NCBI GenBank assembly: GCA_963737905.1
Contig: CAVTUQ010000030.1
Span: forward strand, 42,250-106,249
Length of the DNA: 64,000 bases
From: an uncultured delta proteobacterium
Lineage (GTDB): Bacteria > Desulfobacterota > Binatia > UBA9968
Direction: 5' to 3'
Positions 22,183 to 31,019 of this stretch are shown here, one piece after another. The position numbers and the translations under genes were made by a program. Each line of letters begins with the position of its first letter. Position 1 is the stretch's first letter. The notes below the pieces were generated by a model. It searched no databases. It was not told the DNA's origin and worked only from the letters and a program-made list of their open reading frames with translations.

Positions 22183-22503
22183 CTATTTGCCGGGGCTGGC
22201 TTCTGCATACCTCAACACCTTGCCGCCCTTCGGAGCGCGCGTTGGACCATAGGGCGTATCCTTCTCGATATAGATGCACGAGCCGGCCGTATAAGTCGTC
22301 CCGCCGATCTCGATCTCTCCCTGCAGCACGTAGAACATTTCGTGATACGGATGGCTGTGCACCGGAATATTGGTATCCGGCCCCCAGTGGCGAATCATCA
22401 TCTCCGGGCTCGCACCGTTTTTGCTGGGAACCAACCATTTCGTTTCCCCATGACCGCTCTTCACCAACTTGACGTCTTTCTCGTTGACGGCAATAACGCC
22501 CAT
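22183..22503 (-). CDS. Cupin_2 domain protein
   Basis: PVHSHPYHEMFYVLQGE...AGSCIYI..TPYGP. Confidence 0.85.
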   Translation of the reverse strand: MGVIAVNEKDVKLVKSGHGETKWLVPSKNGASPEMMIRHWGPDTNIPVHSHPYHEMFYVLQGEIEIGGTTYTAGSCIYIEKDTPYGPTRAPKGGKVLRYAEASPGK

Positions 22504-22580
22504 AGAACCTCCCAGCGAGTTTTAAGATTATCTATCTTACCGCTATACTTTTCGCTACTGGTTCTCCGCAGCCATTTAAG

Positions 22581-23549
22581 TCACTTTTTTAAATCCATCC
22601 GCGGATCCCACGAGCGCAGCATGCCCAATTCGTCCAGCGCTTCTTTGAGATACTTAAAATTGTAATAGTCACTCACGGGCTTTTTCGGCAGGGCCCACTC
22701 GCTGGTGTAGAAATCGACCTTCCGTTGATAGGCTTCGAAGTCGAGCACCGGACCCCACTCTTTGTGAACCTCGTCGTAGGCGAGGCTTGCCAGCTCGCGT
22801 GTGATGTAGTGGTTATGTCGCAGGATCGAGTCCAGTGTCTCTTCTTTGCTGACCCGAGCAATGGCCGTGCCGCGTAAAATTGACCGCACCATGCCCTTGA
22901 CGACGAATGGCTTTTCCGCGATGACCGCGGGCGAGGTTGAAAAGCCGGCTTCAGGAATGGCGAAGAGATCGCGGCAGGAAGTGAGCGCATGCCCGCCCAT
23001 CTGCACGGCGATATTCCAGTGCGGTGGATCACAGCACACAGCGTCGACTTCACCTTTGTCAAACAGCGCTAGACGAAAGCGTTCCGTGTTGGGTGGCTTG
23101 CCCCGGCTATCGATCCAGGTAAGGTCCTTTTCGGGATCGAGACCATAATGGCGCAACACGACCTTGGCATCCATGCTCGACCCACCCTTGAGATCCCCGG
23201 CGATTTTTTTTCCTTTAAGGTCGGGAATGTCTTTTATGTAGGGTTTCGCCACGAAGACATGCGCCGTCCGGTTGGCGATCGACACGACGTTGACCTCGCC
23301 GTCGATGTGATCGCGGTTTTCCAGAACCGAACGAAACGGCGGCGAGCCACCGGGCGACTGGAAAATGATTGCGCCATCCTTGCGCCACTGATGGCGCGGG
23401 TGCTGGCTGTCGGGAATACCTTGGACCGGTCTTAAATCTACGTCCAACCCCTCTTCCTTGAAAAAACCCTTGTCGTGAGCGACCCACATCGGGGCTAAGT
23501 TGAGAGGGAGAGCCGGTCCAAAAACGACGATCTTTTCGTTGGAACTCAT
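22581..23549 (-). CDS. NMT1/THI5-fold protein lacking a signal peptide
   Basis: PMWVAHDKGFFKEEGL, DLKGKKI, GLDPEKDL. Start MSSNEK at 23549 with RBS GAAAGGAG. Confidence 0.82.
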   Translation of the reverse strand: MSSNEKIVVFGPALPLNLAPMWVAHDKGFFKEEGLDVDLRPVQGIPDSQHPRHQWRKDGAIIFQSPGGSPPFRSVLENRDHIDGEVNVVSIANRTAHVFVAKPYIKDIPDLKGKKIAGDLKGGSSMDAKVVLRHYGLDPEKDLTWIDSRGKPPNTERFRLALFDKGEVDAVCCDPPHWNIAVQMGGHALTSCRDLFAIPEAGFSTSPAVIAEKPFVVKGMVRSILRGTAIARVSKEETLDSILRHNHYITRELASLAYDEVHKEWGPVLDFEAYQRKVDFYTSEWALPKKPVSDYYNFKYLKEALDELGMLRSWDPRMDLKK

Positions 23550-23583
23550 CCGCGATCTCCTTTCGGCTGACTTGAATCTGCAG

Positions 23584-23661
23584 TTTGGTCTGGCCAAACA
23601 AACTCGGTTTTGATATATAGCAGTCAAATTCAGGCTGTCAAGGAGATTTTGGCCTGACCAA
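23584..23661. promoter_or_regulatory. Divergent promoter with two FadR/GntR-type boxes and a minus-strand sigma70 promoter
   Basis: TTTGGTCTGGCCAAA (23584-98) and TTGGCCTGACCAA (23649-61) resemble TGGT-N3-ACCA. Minus strand has TTGACA-N16-TATATA between them. Confidence 0.6.
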
Positions 23662-24461
23662 TGATTGAATTTAATAGCCGGGTCGACAAAATTGCCAAAG
23701 ATCTGCAGGAACAGATCGTCCAAGGTAAACTAAAACCGGGAGATCGGCTGGCCTCGGAACGCAACCTGTGTTTTGTGTTCGGCGTTGGGCGGACTACCGT
23801 CCGTGAGGCCCTAAAGTCGCTAGCGGTGAGTGGGTTGGTTACCCGTTCCGCCCGTGGAGCCGTAGTCGCCGACGCTGAAACGATACGTCTTCCGGGCACC
23901 GATCTCGCGGGTCTTGCCGCCCAGACCTCGATCCGACAGCTTTTCGAAGTGCGCAAGCTGATGGAGGTAAGAGTCGCGGGTTGGGCGGCTTCGCGCGCGA
24001 CCGAAGAAGACATGGACGCGATGCGGCTGGCGATCGAAGCCGACATCTCTCGTAACACGGCCGCAGGTAATCCCAGTCGAATTTTCCACGACGCTTTGGC
24101 TAGAGCAGCACATAATCCCGCCCTGGTGCAGGTTTATGACTCGGGAAGACACCTTTTCTTCCGTCTACCTTTTTACTGGAAGCTTTTCGATGATGCGGAA
24201 GTGAGGACGGCCAGGGCGGCGCGTCATGAACTCGCCCGGCGCTGGCACGAACATATCTTAAAGGCAATCATAGAGCGCGATGCGGCGGAGGCTGAAGGAG
24301 CGATGTTTCAACACCTGGACATCATGGAGAAAGATCTGCTTAACCGGTTACAGGTTGCCGACGGTGACGCCAAGAACCCAAAGCTCTATTCTCATCCAAT
24401 GCTTACCGATCTCGAGCAAGACAAGAAACAGAAATCGGAAGGAATTCCCTCGATACGTTAA
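23661..24461 (+). CDS. GntR/FadR family transcriptional regulator
   Basis: LKPGDRLASERNL..FGVGRTTVREAL wHTH, FCD-type FHDAL..AHNP. Confidence 0.92.
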   Translation: MIEFNSRVDKIAKDLQEQIVQGKLKPGDRLASERNLCFVFGVGRTTVREALKSLAVSGLVTRSARGAVVADAETIRLPGTDLAGLAAQTSIRQLFEVRKLMEVRVAGWAASRATEEDMDAMRLAIEADISRNTAAGNPSRIFHDALARAAHNPALVQVYDSGRHLFFRLPFYWKLFDDAEVRTARAARHELARRWHEHILKAIIERDAAEAEGAMFQHLDIMEKDLLNRLQVADGDAKNPKLYSHPMLTDLEQDKKQKSEGIPSIR

Positions 24462-24490
24462 ACGAGGAGGCGGGCTATGGAGCATGACCG

Positions 24491-25534
24491 ATGAAACTTC
24501 TAATGGCGTGTATTGCTCTCGCTCTTCTCTCGCAAGGAACGACTCTTCCTGCCGCCGAATCCAAGCTAACGGAGCCGCTGAAATTAAGACTCGGGCTCGG
24601 CTCCGCCCCGGCTCCGGCGCTGCCCAATTCCGTGCTGTGGCTAGCCAAGGATTTGGGGTTTTATAAGCGCGAAGGGCTTGAGGTCGAGCTTAATGAGTTC
24701 CAAGGAACTCCTCTTGTGATCGCTGCGATGATTGCGGGGAACATTGACGTAGGCAATGTTTCGACTTCTGATGTTATCAGGATGAACGCGACCAAAGGTC
24801 AGGCCATGCGCGCCATCCATTCCCCGGATGCCCGGCTCTACTTCCTCATTGCCGCCAGAGACGATATCAAGTCAGCGAGCGGACTCCAGGGCAAAACTTT
24901 CGCCGTGGCGCGTATCGGCAGCGTCGACCACACCCTTTCGATGATTGCGCTCAAAAATCTGGGCGTGAACACGGCTTCTCTAACGCCGATCGCTATCGGG
25001 ACCCCATCAACCCGCGCCCAGGCGCTGGTGGCTGGGCGCGTCGATGCCACCACCCTTTCACTGGCGACCTGGGTTACAATCCAGAAAGAACCCGGTGTCA
25101 GAGTTCTCGTCGATCACAACACCTATTACGAGACGGCCATGGTCGTGGAGAAAGTGAACGCGGTCACTACCAAAGTGATGGAAGATAAGCCCGAACATTT
25201 GCGCCGTTTCACCGCCGCGATCATGAAAGCAAGCCGCCACTTTGCCGAAAACCAAGAGGCATGGGTGGCTGCCATGACCAAGCGTCGCCCCGACCTCGAT
25301 AGCAAGGACGCGTCAAATCTTTGGGCCGGCTTCAAAACCGCATGGGCGGTAAACGGCTTGATGAACCTCGACTCCTATAAGAAAAGCGCTGACTTCTTTT
25401 ATCAGACAGGAGCTTTGGAGAAAGTTCCAAAGATAGACGTCAATGAATGGGCGGAAACGCGCTTCGTCGATCAGGTGCTCAAAGAAATCGGCACGTACGC
25501 GAAATTCGACCCGACGGGTCGGTCACTTCAGTGA
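24491..25534 (+). CDS. NMT1/THI5-type ABC solute-binding protein
   Basis: Signal peptide, WLAKDLGFYKREGL, LQGKTFAV, ALVAGRVDAT. Confidence 0.88.
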   Translation: MKLLMACIALALLSQGTTLPAAESKLTEPLKLRLGLGSAPAPALPNSVLWLAKDLGFYKREGLEVELNEFQGTPLVIAAMIAGNIDVGNVSTSDVIRMNATKGQAMRAIHSPDARLYFLIAARDDIKSASGLQGKTFAVARIGSVDHTLSMIALKNLGVNTASLTPIAIGTPSTRAQALVAGRVDATTLSLATWVTIQKEPGVRVLVDHNTYYETAMVVEKVNAVTTKVMEDKPEHLRRFTAAIMKASRHFAENQEAWVAAMTKRRPDLDSKDASNLWAGFKTAWAVNGLMNLDSYKKSADFFYQTGALEKVPKIDVNEWAETRFVDQVLKEIGTYAKFDPTGRSLQ

Positions 25535-25762
25535 CAACGCCATGGCACACGTGATTCACAGAGGATTCGGCAACTAGGAAGTCTCCTTTTGTAAAGGGAG
25601 ATTGAGAGGGATTTTCATCTGCTCAACACGACTTTGACGAGACTTTGATGTTCACTTCGTTTGAGTTGACAATGAAAACCCATAATGGTACGCGCAGGAT
25701 CAAAGACGGCTTTTGTCGAGAGAATCATTGATCAGCAAAATCCAGTTTAGGAGGGCAAACAT

Positions 25763-26839
25763 ATGGCGATCGGATTGTCCCACGGCGGTTCGACCATCTA
25801 CTCTTCCCCATCCCCTTCACGGGAGCTTCTGGTGGGAACACGAGAAGGCATCGTCACGATCGAGCGCGAGGCCTCTGGGTCGGAGTGGCGGGTAAAACAC
25901 CGCGCTCTGACCGACAAGCACATCAGCGCGATCATCAAGGAACCGGAGAGCGGTTTGACGTTTGCCGGCGCCTTTCACGGCTCAGTGCATGCCAGTGCGG
26001 ACGACGGCAAAACCTGGGAGCCCAGGGGCAACGGATTAACGGAAACCGATGTTTACTCGCTGGCAGCGCGGCGCGTGAACGGGCGCGTGCGTTTATACGT
26101 CGGCACCGAGCCGGCGCACCTGTTCACTAGCGAGGATCTCGGTCTCCACTGGAGCGAAGTGCCGTCGCTGCGTTCCGTGCCCAGCGTGCCGAAGTGGAGC
26201 TTTCCTGCTCCGCCGCACATTGGGCATGTGAAGCATATCAACTTCGATCCCGACAACCCGACGACGATGTACGCTTCCGTTGAAGTGGGCGGCCTGCTGA
26301 AAAGCACGGATGCGGGAGAGCATTGGGAAGAGTTTCCGAGTCTCTACGAGGACGTGCACCGGTTAATGATTCATCCGAGCAATCCCAGATTCCTGTATGC
26401 AGTCACGGGGAGAGGACTGTACGTTAGTCCAGACGCCGGCGCCAGTTGGGAGCAATGGACACGAAGGGAAGATGAGATCGGCGGGTACCCAGATGGGTTT
26501 GTGTTCCGTCCGTCCGATCCGAAGCTGATTTTTATGACGGCTGCTCAGGACGCTCCGGGGACCTGGCGCACGACTCATTTCGCGGGCGCGCGAATCTCGC
26601 GCAGCGCCGACGGCGGTCGGAGCTGGGAGATTTTGCGTGCTGGATTGCCGGATCGATTGCAAGCCAGCATCGAAGCCTTCTCCCTCGAAGAGGCGGGAGC
26701 ATCTTCTTCACTTTTCGCGGCAACGACTTCAGGGGAGGTTTTTTGCTCCGAAGATCTGGGTGAGCACTGGAACAAAATCATTAGCGGCTTACCGCCGATC
26801 TCCAAAGCAGGACACTATAGGAACTTGGTTGCGGCCTAG
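25763..26839 (+). CDS. BNR/Asp-box beta-propeller protein
   Basis: Repeated SxDxGxxW boxes (SADDGKTW, SEDLGLHW, STDAGEHW, SPDAGASW, SADGGRSW). Confidence 0.85.
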   Translation: MAIGLSHGGSTIYSSPSPSRELLVGTREGIVTIEREASGSEWRVKHRALTDKHISAIIKEPESGLTFAGAFHGSVHASADDGKTWEPRGNGLTETDVYSLAARRVNGRVRLYVGTEPAHLFTSEDLGLHWSEVPSLRSVPSVPKWSFPAPPHIGHVKHINFDPDNPTTMYASVEVGGLLKSTDAGEHWEEFPSLYEDVHRLMIHPSNPRFLYAVTGRGLYVSPDAGASWEQWTRREDEIGGYPDGFVFRPSDPKLIFMTAAQDAPGTWRTTHFAGARISRSADGGRSWEILRAGLPDRLQASIEAFSLEEAGASSSLFAATTSGEVFCSEDLGEHWNKIISGLPPISKAGHYRNLVAA

Positions 26840-26847
26840 TCAACAAT

Positions 26848-26875
26848 GTAGGGGCGGGTTTGAAACCCGCCCCTA
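26848..26875. repeat. GTAG-family REP palindrome (copy 2)
   Basis: gtaggggcgggtttgaaacccgccccta, just after the stop of the propeller gene. Confidence 0.85.
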
Positions 26876-26959
26876 TTTCCTAGCATAAATTCTCCAATCG
26901 CTGTTTCTCGCGAACCCTTCACAATTTATTTGAAGGTGGCAGTTACTTAGACGGGCGAT

Positions 26960-27151
26960 CACGGATCACCGGTGATTCGTTATGATTGCGCGCACGACTT
27001 TGCTCATCACGATCGCTACAATCCAAAGGGCGATCATGATAAGGAAGAGATCCCACTGAGTTACACGGATTCACTGGATCTCGCGGACAAGGACATTAAC
27101 GGCAACTGGGATATTTACCAGGAACGCTTTCGACGAGGAGATTTTCCATGA
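26960..27151 (+). pseudogene. 3' remnant of a small putative TA-module gene (RYDxAHxFAH type)
   Basis: Reads PVIRYDCAHDFAHHDRY...SLDLADKDINGNWDIYQERF...* with no in-frame start. The stop overlaps an ATG (ATGA) of a truncated partner. Confidence 0.5.
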
Positions 27152-27179
27152 ATGTTTTTGCACTCGGTGGAGCAAATTT

Positions 27180-28148
27180 TCAGTCGTGGTATTGCACTTT
27201 TTCTAATTGCAGCGCGAGCCCTTCGATTTGCTCCTGCCAATAGTGCTCGGTACCGAAGGCAGGAAACGCCACTTTGAAAGCGCTGTCTTCCCAGCGGCGC
27301 GCGATCCACGCGGAAAAGTGAATCATGCGAAGCGCCCGCAACGGCTCGATGAGCTCTATTGTCGTCATGTCGAAAGTTCTGATCTGTTCGTAGGCCTCGA
27401 GCAAGATACGCCTTTGCTCTTTTCCGTAGTCGTCGTCTGCGCCCGTGAGCATCCAGATGTCTTGAACGGGAGGCGCGTAGAGCATGTCGTCGAAATCGAT
27501 GAAGTACGGATCGGCTCTATTCCACAAAATATTTCCGGAGTGGCAATCGCCGTGGAGCAGAACGTACTTGACGTCCTCGAAACGAGGAGTAATGGCGTCG
27601 CAAATTTGCGTTACGATCGTTTCGAATCGACTTGCGAGTTCCATCGGAACGAAATTTCCGTCTTTTAAGAACTTCAAAGGGTCTCGCCCATAAGTTTGAG
27701 GGTCAAGCCGTAACCGGGGCGCGGCTTTTACCGTCGCCCCGACGTTATGAAGGCGAGCCATGAACCTTCCCAAGCGCGTGAGCTGTTCCGTCGTCAGTTC
27801 CGGCTCGAGTCGCCCCGGATGCTTCGGGAAGATTGTGAACATCACTTCGCTAATTTCGAAAATACTTTGTCCCTTGTCGTCCGTGAGCGGGCAGACGACG
27901 GGAATTTCGCTTTCTTCGAGGGCCTTCAGAAGATCGTGCTCGGCCTGAATCGTGGCGCGGCTCCAGCGCCCGGGGCGGTAAAATTTGATGATGACGTGCG
28001 GGCCCTCTTCCATCTCGATGTCGTACACGCGGTTTTCCAACGCATTGAGCGCGTTGAAGCGGCCCGTGCAACGCCCGCCCAATTTCTCGGCGGCGTCGAA
28101 AATAACCTCTGGAAGAATCTGCATAAAGTTGTCTAGCATAGCCTTCAT
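27180..28148 (-). CDS. srkA: Stress response Ser/Thr kinase SrkA/RdoA (YihE)
   Basis: LNALENRVY, KFYRPGRWS, EHDLL, LHGDCHSGNIL, IDFDD, ARRWEDSAF..AFP.FGTEHYW. Confidence 0.9.
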   Translation of the reverse strand: MKAMLDNFMQILPEVIFDAAEKLGGRCTGRFNALNALENRVYDIEMEEGPHVIIKFYRPGRWSRATIQAEHDLLKALEESEIPVVCPLTDDKGQSIFEISEVMFTIFPKHPGRLEPELTTEQLTRLGRFMARLHNVGATVKAAPRLRLDPQTYGRDPLKFLKDGNFVPMELASRFETIVTQICDAITPRFEDVKYVLLHGDCHSGNILWNRADPYFIDFDDMLYAPPVQDIWMLTGADDDYGKEQRRILLEAYEQIRTFDMTTIELIEPLRALRMIHFSAWIARRWEDSAFKVAFPAFGTEHYWQEQIEGLALQLEKVQYHD

Positions 28149-28247
28149 CCTAGACGAGCGTACCCTCCTTGTACACTCCCGTTTAATGGTCAACAAAGGA
28201 CTCCCGCCGGGTCGCCCAGCGCTATCTTGATCCGTAGGATGACTTAG

Positions 28248-28457
28248 TCACATTGTCACCACTCGATCCCTTAGTTTCCCTTTGGCTGCTCGTTCCACCA
28301 GCTTGTCGATTCTACTTTGGGCCTGATATCCAATCTGCTCATGCTCGCATTCCTGGCAAATTGTGCATGGGACGTTACGGATCTCAAGTCGCTCGGTGTG
28401 TATGGTTGTCCGGCCCAAATAGGTCTTCGATCCACACTGTGCGCATCTCCCAGGCAT
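28248..28457 (-). CDS. YgiT-type zinc finger protein
   Basis: CAQCG ... IRNVPCTICQEC pattern in 69 aa. Confidence 0.75.
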   Translation of the reverse strand: MPGRCAQCGSKTYLGRTTIHTERLEIRNVPCTICQECEHEQIGYQAQSRIDKLVERAAKGKLRDRVVTM

Positions 28458-28561
28458 TGCTTTATTTAACTCTTGCGACTCTTTATGATCATCCCCCAGG
28501 GCATGGGTAAAAGGCTGGGATGTTTGTTTAAGCCCAAAAGATTTTTTAACAAGGAGGAAAC

Positions 28562-28822
28562 GTGAAGCTTTCCGTAAAGTCCTTAGTCATCGCAGCAGCC
28601 CTCCTCAAGGCGCTTTGTTTTCTCTTCGTCTCCCTGTTGAATTTAATCTTGCCTCCTTATGGTGGGGCGTTTCTCGCACTGCTGTCTTCTTTGTATCTGG
28701 GCTATGATCCCACGGCGGGTCTGATTAGCTTGCTCATCGGGACCTTATACTCGCTCATCGCCGGCGCCGTTGCTGGCGGGCTCTTCGGTTGGCTTTATAA
28801 TACTTTGGTTGAAAGATTCTGA
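28562..28822 (+). CDS. Small hydrophobic membrane protein
   Basis: AAGGAGG RBS, 2-3 TM segments, ...FGWLYN end. Confidence 0.7.
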   Translation: MKLSVKSLVIAAALLKALCFLFVSLLNLILPPYGGAFLALLSSLYLGYDPTAGLISLLIGTLYSLIAGAVAGGLFGWLYNTLVERF

Positions 28823-28909
28823 AGCAAGTCATGAGTCATGGGCGCCAAATCTTTACTTTGGGTGTGTCCGGATGAAATGCTGTCGTCGTCCATACTGTGG
28901 AACTAGGGA

Positions 28910-29164
28910 AAGTCGAATAGAGCTTGTGAGCTTAAATGACATAAGCAATCACCATCTCTGTGTGTCTAAAGACGGCGGTCGAGGGGTTCGAATGACCCTC
29001 ACCTCGCTCAGTTGTCCGGCCGCGCAATCATTGCCTGCAGAAGTGCAAGCTAAGACGAGGAGGTTCGCGGCGTAGCGGACGTCACGGTCGACGTCGTCTG
29101 CAACCCTCCCTGGGAACCGTCCAAGATGTCCGAAGCGGCTAAGCTCGATCTTGGCTTCATGTAA
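28910..29164 (+). pseudogene. SufT/DUF59 Fe-S assembly protein remnant
   Basis: VRMTLTSLSCPAAQSLPAEV, frameshift, then GVADVTVDVVCNPPWEPSKMSEAAKLDLGFM*. The N-terminal DPE motif is missing. Confidence 0.8.
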
Positions 29165-29365
29165 GAGGGGAATTTCCGAAAGGGGAGAGGTATCGGACAT
29201 TTAACCCTGTGCCGACATTCATTCGAGCGTTGCAGTGATCCTTTTCCTGGATAACCAGGTCTAAATTTGGCCTGCTCGATGTTTCACCAATAGTGATGTT
29301 TTGATTTTTCCCTGATTTATGGATTCTCATTGTCGGAACAGGGTTAATTATTTACGCGTGCGATT

Positions 29366-29896
29366 TCAGTTGCGTGACCGGTTTATCTTGTGCTTACCGG
29401 ATTCGAGCACGCTGTCAATTCGTGCTTCTGCCGCGGTTTTGCTTTCATCCATCACTTCCGAGATCTCGCATATCAGTAGCTTTCTCGCACGATACAGCGC
29501 ATCCCGATCGTGCGGTGCGAGGGTCTTGGTGCCGCTCAACTGAGTCAGCGACTCGACCATGCTAGCCAATTCGAATATGGATCCAGAGTTGAATAGTTTT
29601 AAATTGTCTACTTCGCGCTGGCGCCAGTTTTTGCCTGTTCCAAGATCTCTAGTCACTCCGGCTCGTGTCTTGAGGTGGCCTAGCAGCTTGGGAATCTCAG
29701 ACCGCTTGAGCAATGCCCGCAGGTGTAAATCGCGGGACTTATCGACCGGCACAAACAACTCGGCCCTGCTATCGTCCAATAGGGCTAATCGGTAAAAGCT
29801 CACCGACGTGCCACATACCACTTTCTCGACGATTCCACCGATAAGACAAGGTCCCCGACCCGGATAGATAACTCTATCGCCAACTGTCAACGTCAT
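29366..29896 (-). CDS. CarD family transcriptional regulator
   Basis: VGDRVIYPGRG, NWRQR, SGSIFELA, ARKLLICEISEV. Confidence 0.88.
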   Translation of the reverse strand: MTLTVGDRVIYPGRGPCLIGGIVEKVVCGTSVSFYRLALLDDSRAELFVPVDKSRDLHLRALLKRSEIPKLLGHLKTRAGVTRDLGTGKNWRQREVDNLKLFNSGSIFELASMVESLTQLSGTKTLAPHDRDALYRARKLLICEISEVMDESKTAAEARIDSVLESGKHKINRSRN

Positions 29897-30325
29897 TCGA
29901 ATCTCCACTTCTGCTGGATCCCGGATAAAGTGAATTTTCCAGTTTGTTGAGTCCAATATTGCCAGCTTCTAAACTAGCATCCTTCGCGTCGGATTCTTCA
30001 TGTCCACTGAAACGACACCTGGCAAGTGGAACTCGATCTCGTCCAGTGCTTACGGGGTCATCGGAGAAGCGTGCCAGATACTAAGGTGAAAGCAGGAGAA
30101 GTTCGCTAGAACCTCGGTGTTACATAACTGTACCACCTCTGATTGGAATAAGATATGGCTTGGACTTTGAGGGAGATGATACAGTTCCTAAGTATTCGGG
30201 TTGGACCTGTGCAGATATTGATTCAGGGGAATCATCTGGGGGACGACCCTTCCTCACGCTGTCGTAGAGCGTTTTACCCGCGCAGTCTCTCTCCCGCCTT
30301 TGAACTTCCGTAGTCTGCGCTAAGG

Positions 30326-31009
30326 TCACTGGGATTTTTCTTGCTCCATCCATTGAATCGCGTACCGGACAAGCTCGCTGGCATCACCTAAGGTCATTTT
30401 CTCCTTGATATGTTCACGATAGGACTCCACCGTTTTTACGCTCAGGTGCAACTCTTCTGCAATGCGGCGCGTTCCATGACCCTGGCCGATGAGCCGAAAG
30501 ACCTCCAGCTCGCGGTCACTGAGCCGATCCACGGGAAATTTGAGGTTTGCTCCTCCGGCGCCAACGAATTGCTGCAGCATCTTGTTGGCCATGCGATCGC
30601 TCAAATAGACTGCCCCGCTTAGAACCCGGCGCAATGCGACCAGCACATTCTCGGTGGCTTCTTGCTTCATAATATATCCTCTAGCGCCGGCACGCAGCGC
30701 CCGGGGAGCGTAGATGGATTCGTCATGTATGGAGAGAACCAGCACCGGCAAGCCGGGCATGCGGGTCTTCAAGTGCTTGATCAGCTCGATGCCATCGGGG
30801 CCCTTCAGCGAAATATCCGCAATGGCAATGTCAGGCTTCAAAATCTCCATTGATTTGAGCGCCGCGTAGATGTCTTCCGCCGCACCGCAAACAAACAGAT
30901 CCGGCTCCCCGTTGATCAACCGGGCAAGTCCTTCGCGCACAATCGGATGGTCATCGATGACAAAGACCGTGCACTTCTTCTTGATCGGATGTTTCCGCTC
31001 GCTCGACAA
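30326..31009 (-). CDS. NarL/LuxR family response regulator
   Basis: IDDHPIVREG, ADISL (phospho-Asp), GYIMK, LSDRELEVF..HLSVKTVESYR. Confidence 0.95.
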   Translation of the reverse strand: MSSERKHPIKKKCTVFVIDDHPIVREGLARLINGEPDLFVCGAAEDIYAALKSMEILKPDIAIADISLKGPDGIELIKHLKTRMPGLPVLVLSIHDESIYAPRALRAGARGYIMKQEATENVLVALRRVLSGAVYLSDRMANKMLQQFVGAGGANLKFPVDRLSDRELEVFRLIGQGHGTRRIAEELHLSVKTVESYREHIKEKMTLGDASELVRYAIQWMEQEKSQ

Positions 31010-31019
31010 AACTCCTCCG

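Noticed and set aside
23550-23723. Long N-terminal extension of the 22581 ORF (also those at 12558-12623, 13744-13881, 53930-54175)
   Set aside because: These extensions run through promoters, repeats or neighbouring genes. Internal ATGs fit better.
25543-25560. sigma54-like TGGCAC (also minus strand near 30077 and 58609)
   Set aside because: No GC/TTGC at the -12 position.
28985-29000. GGTTCGAAT tRNA T-loop-like motif
   Set aside because: It lies inside the sufT remnant and no cloverleaf can be built.
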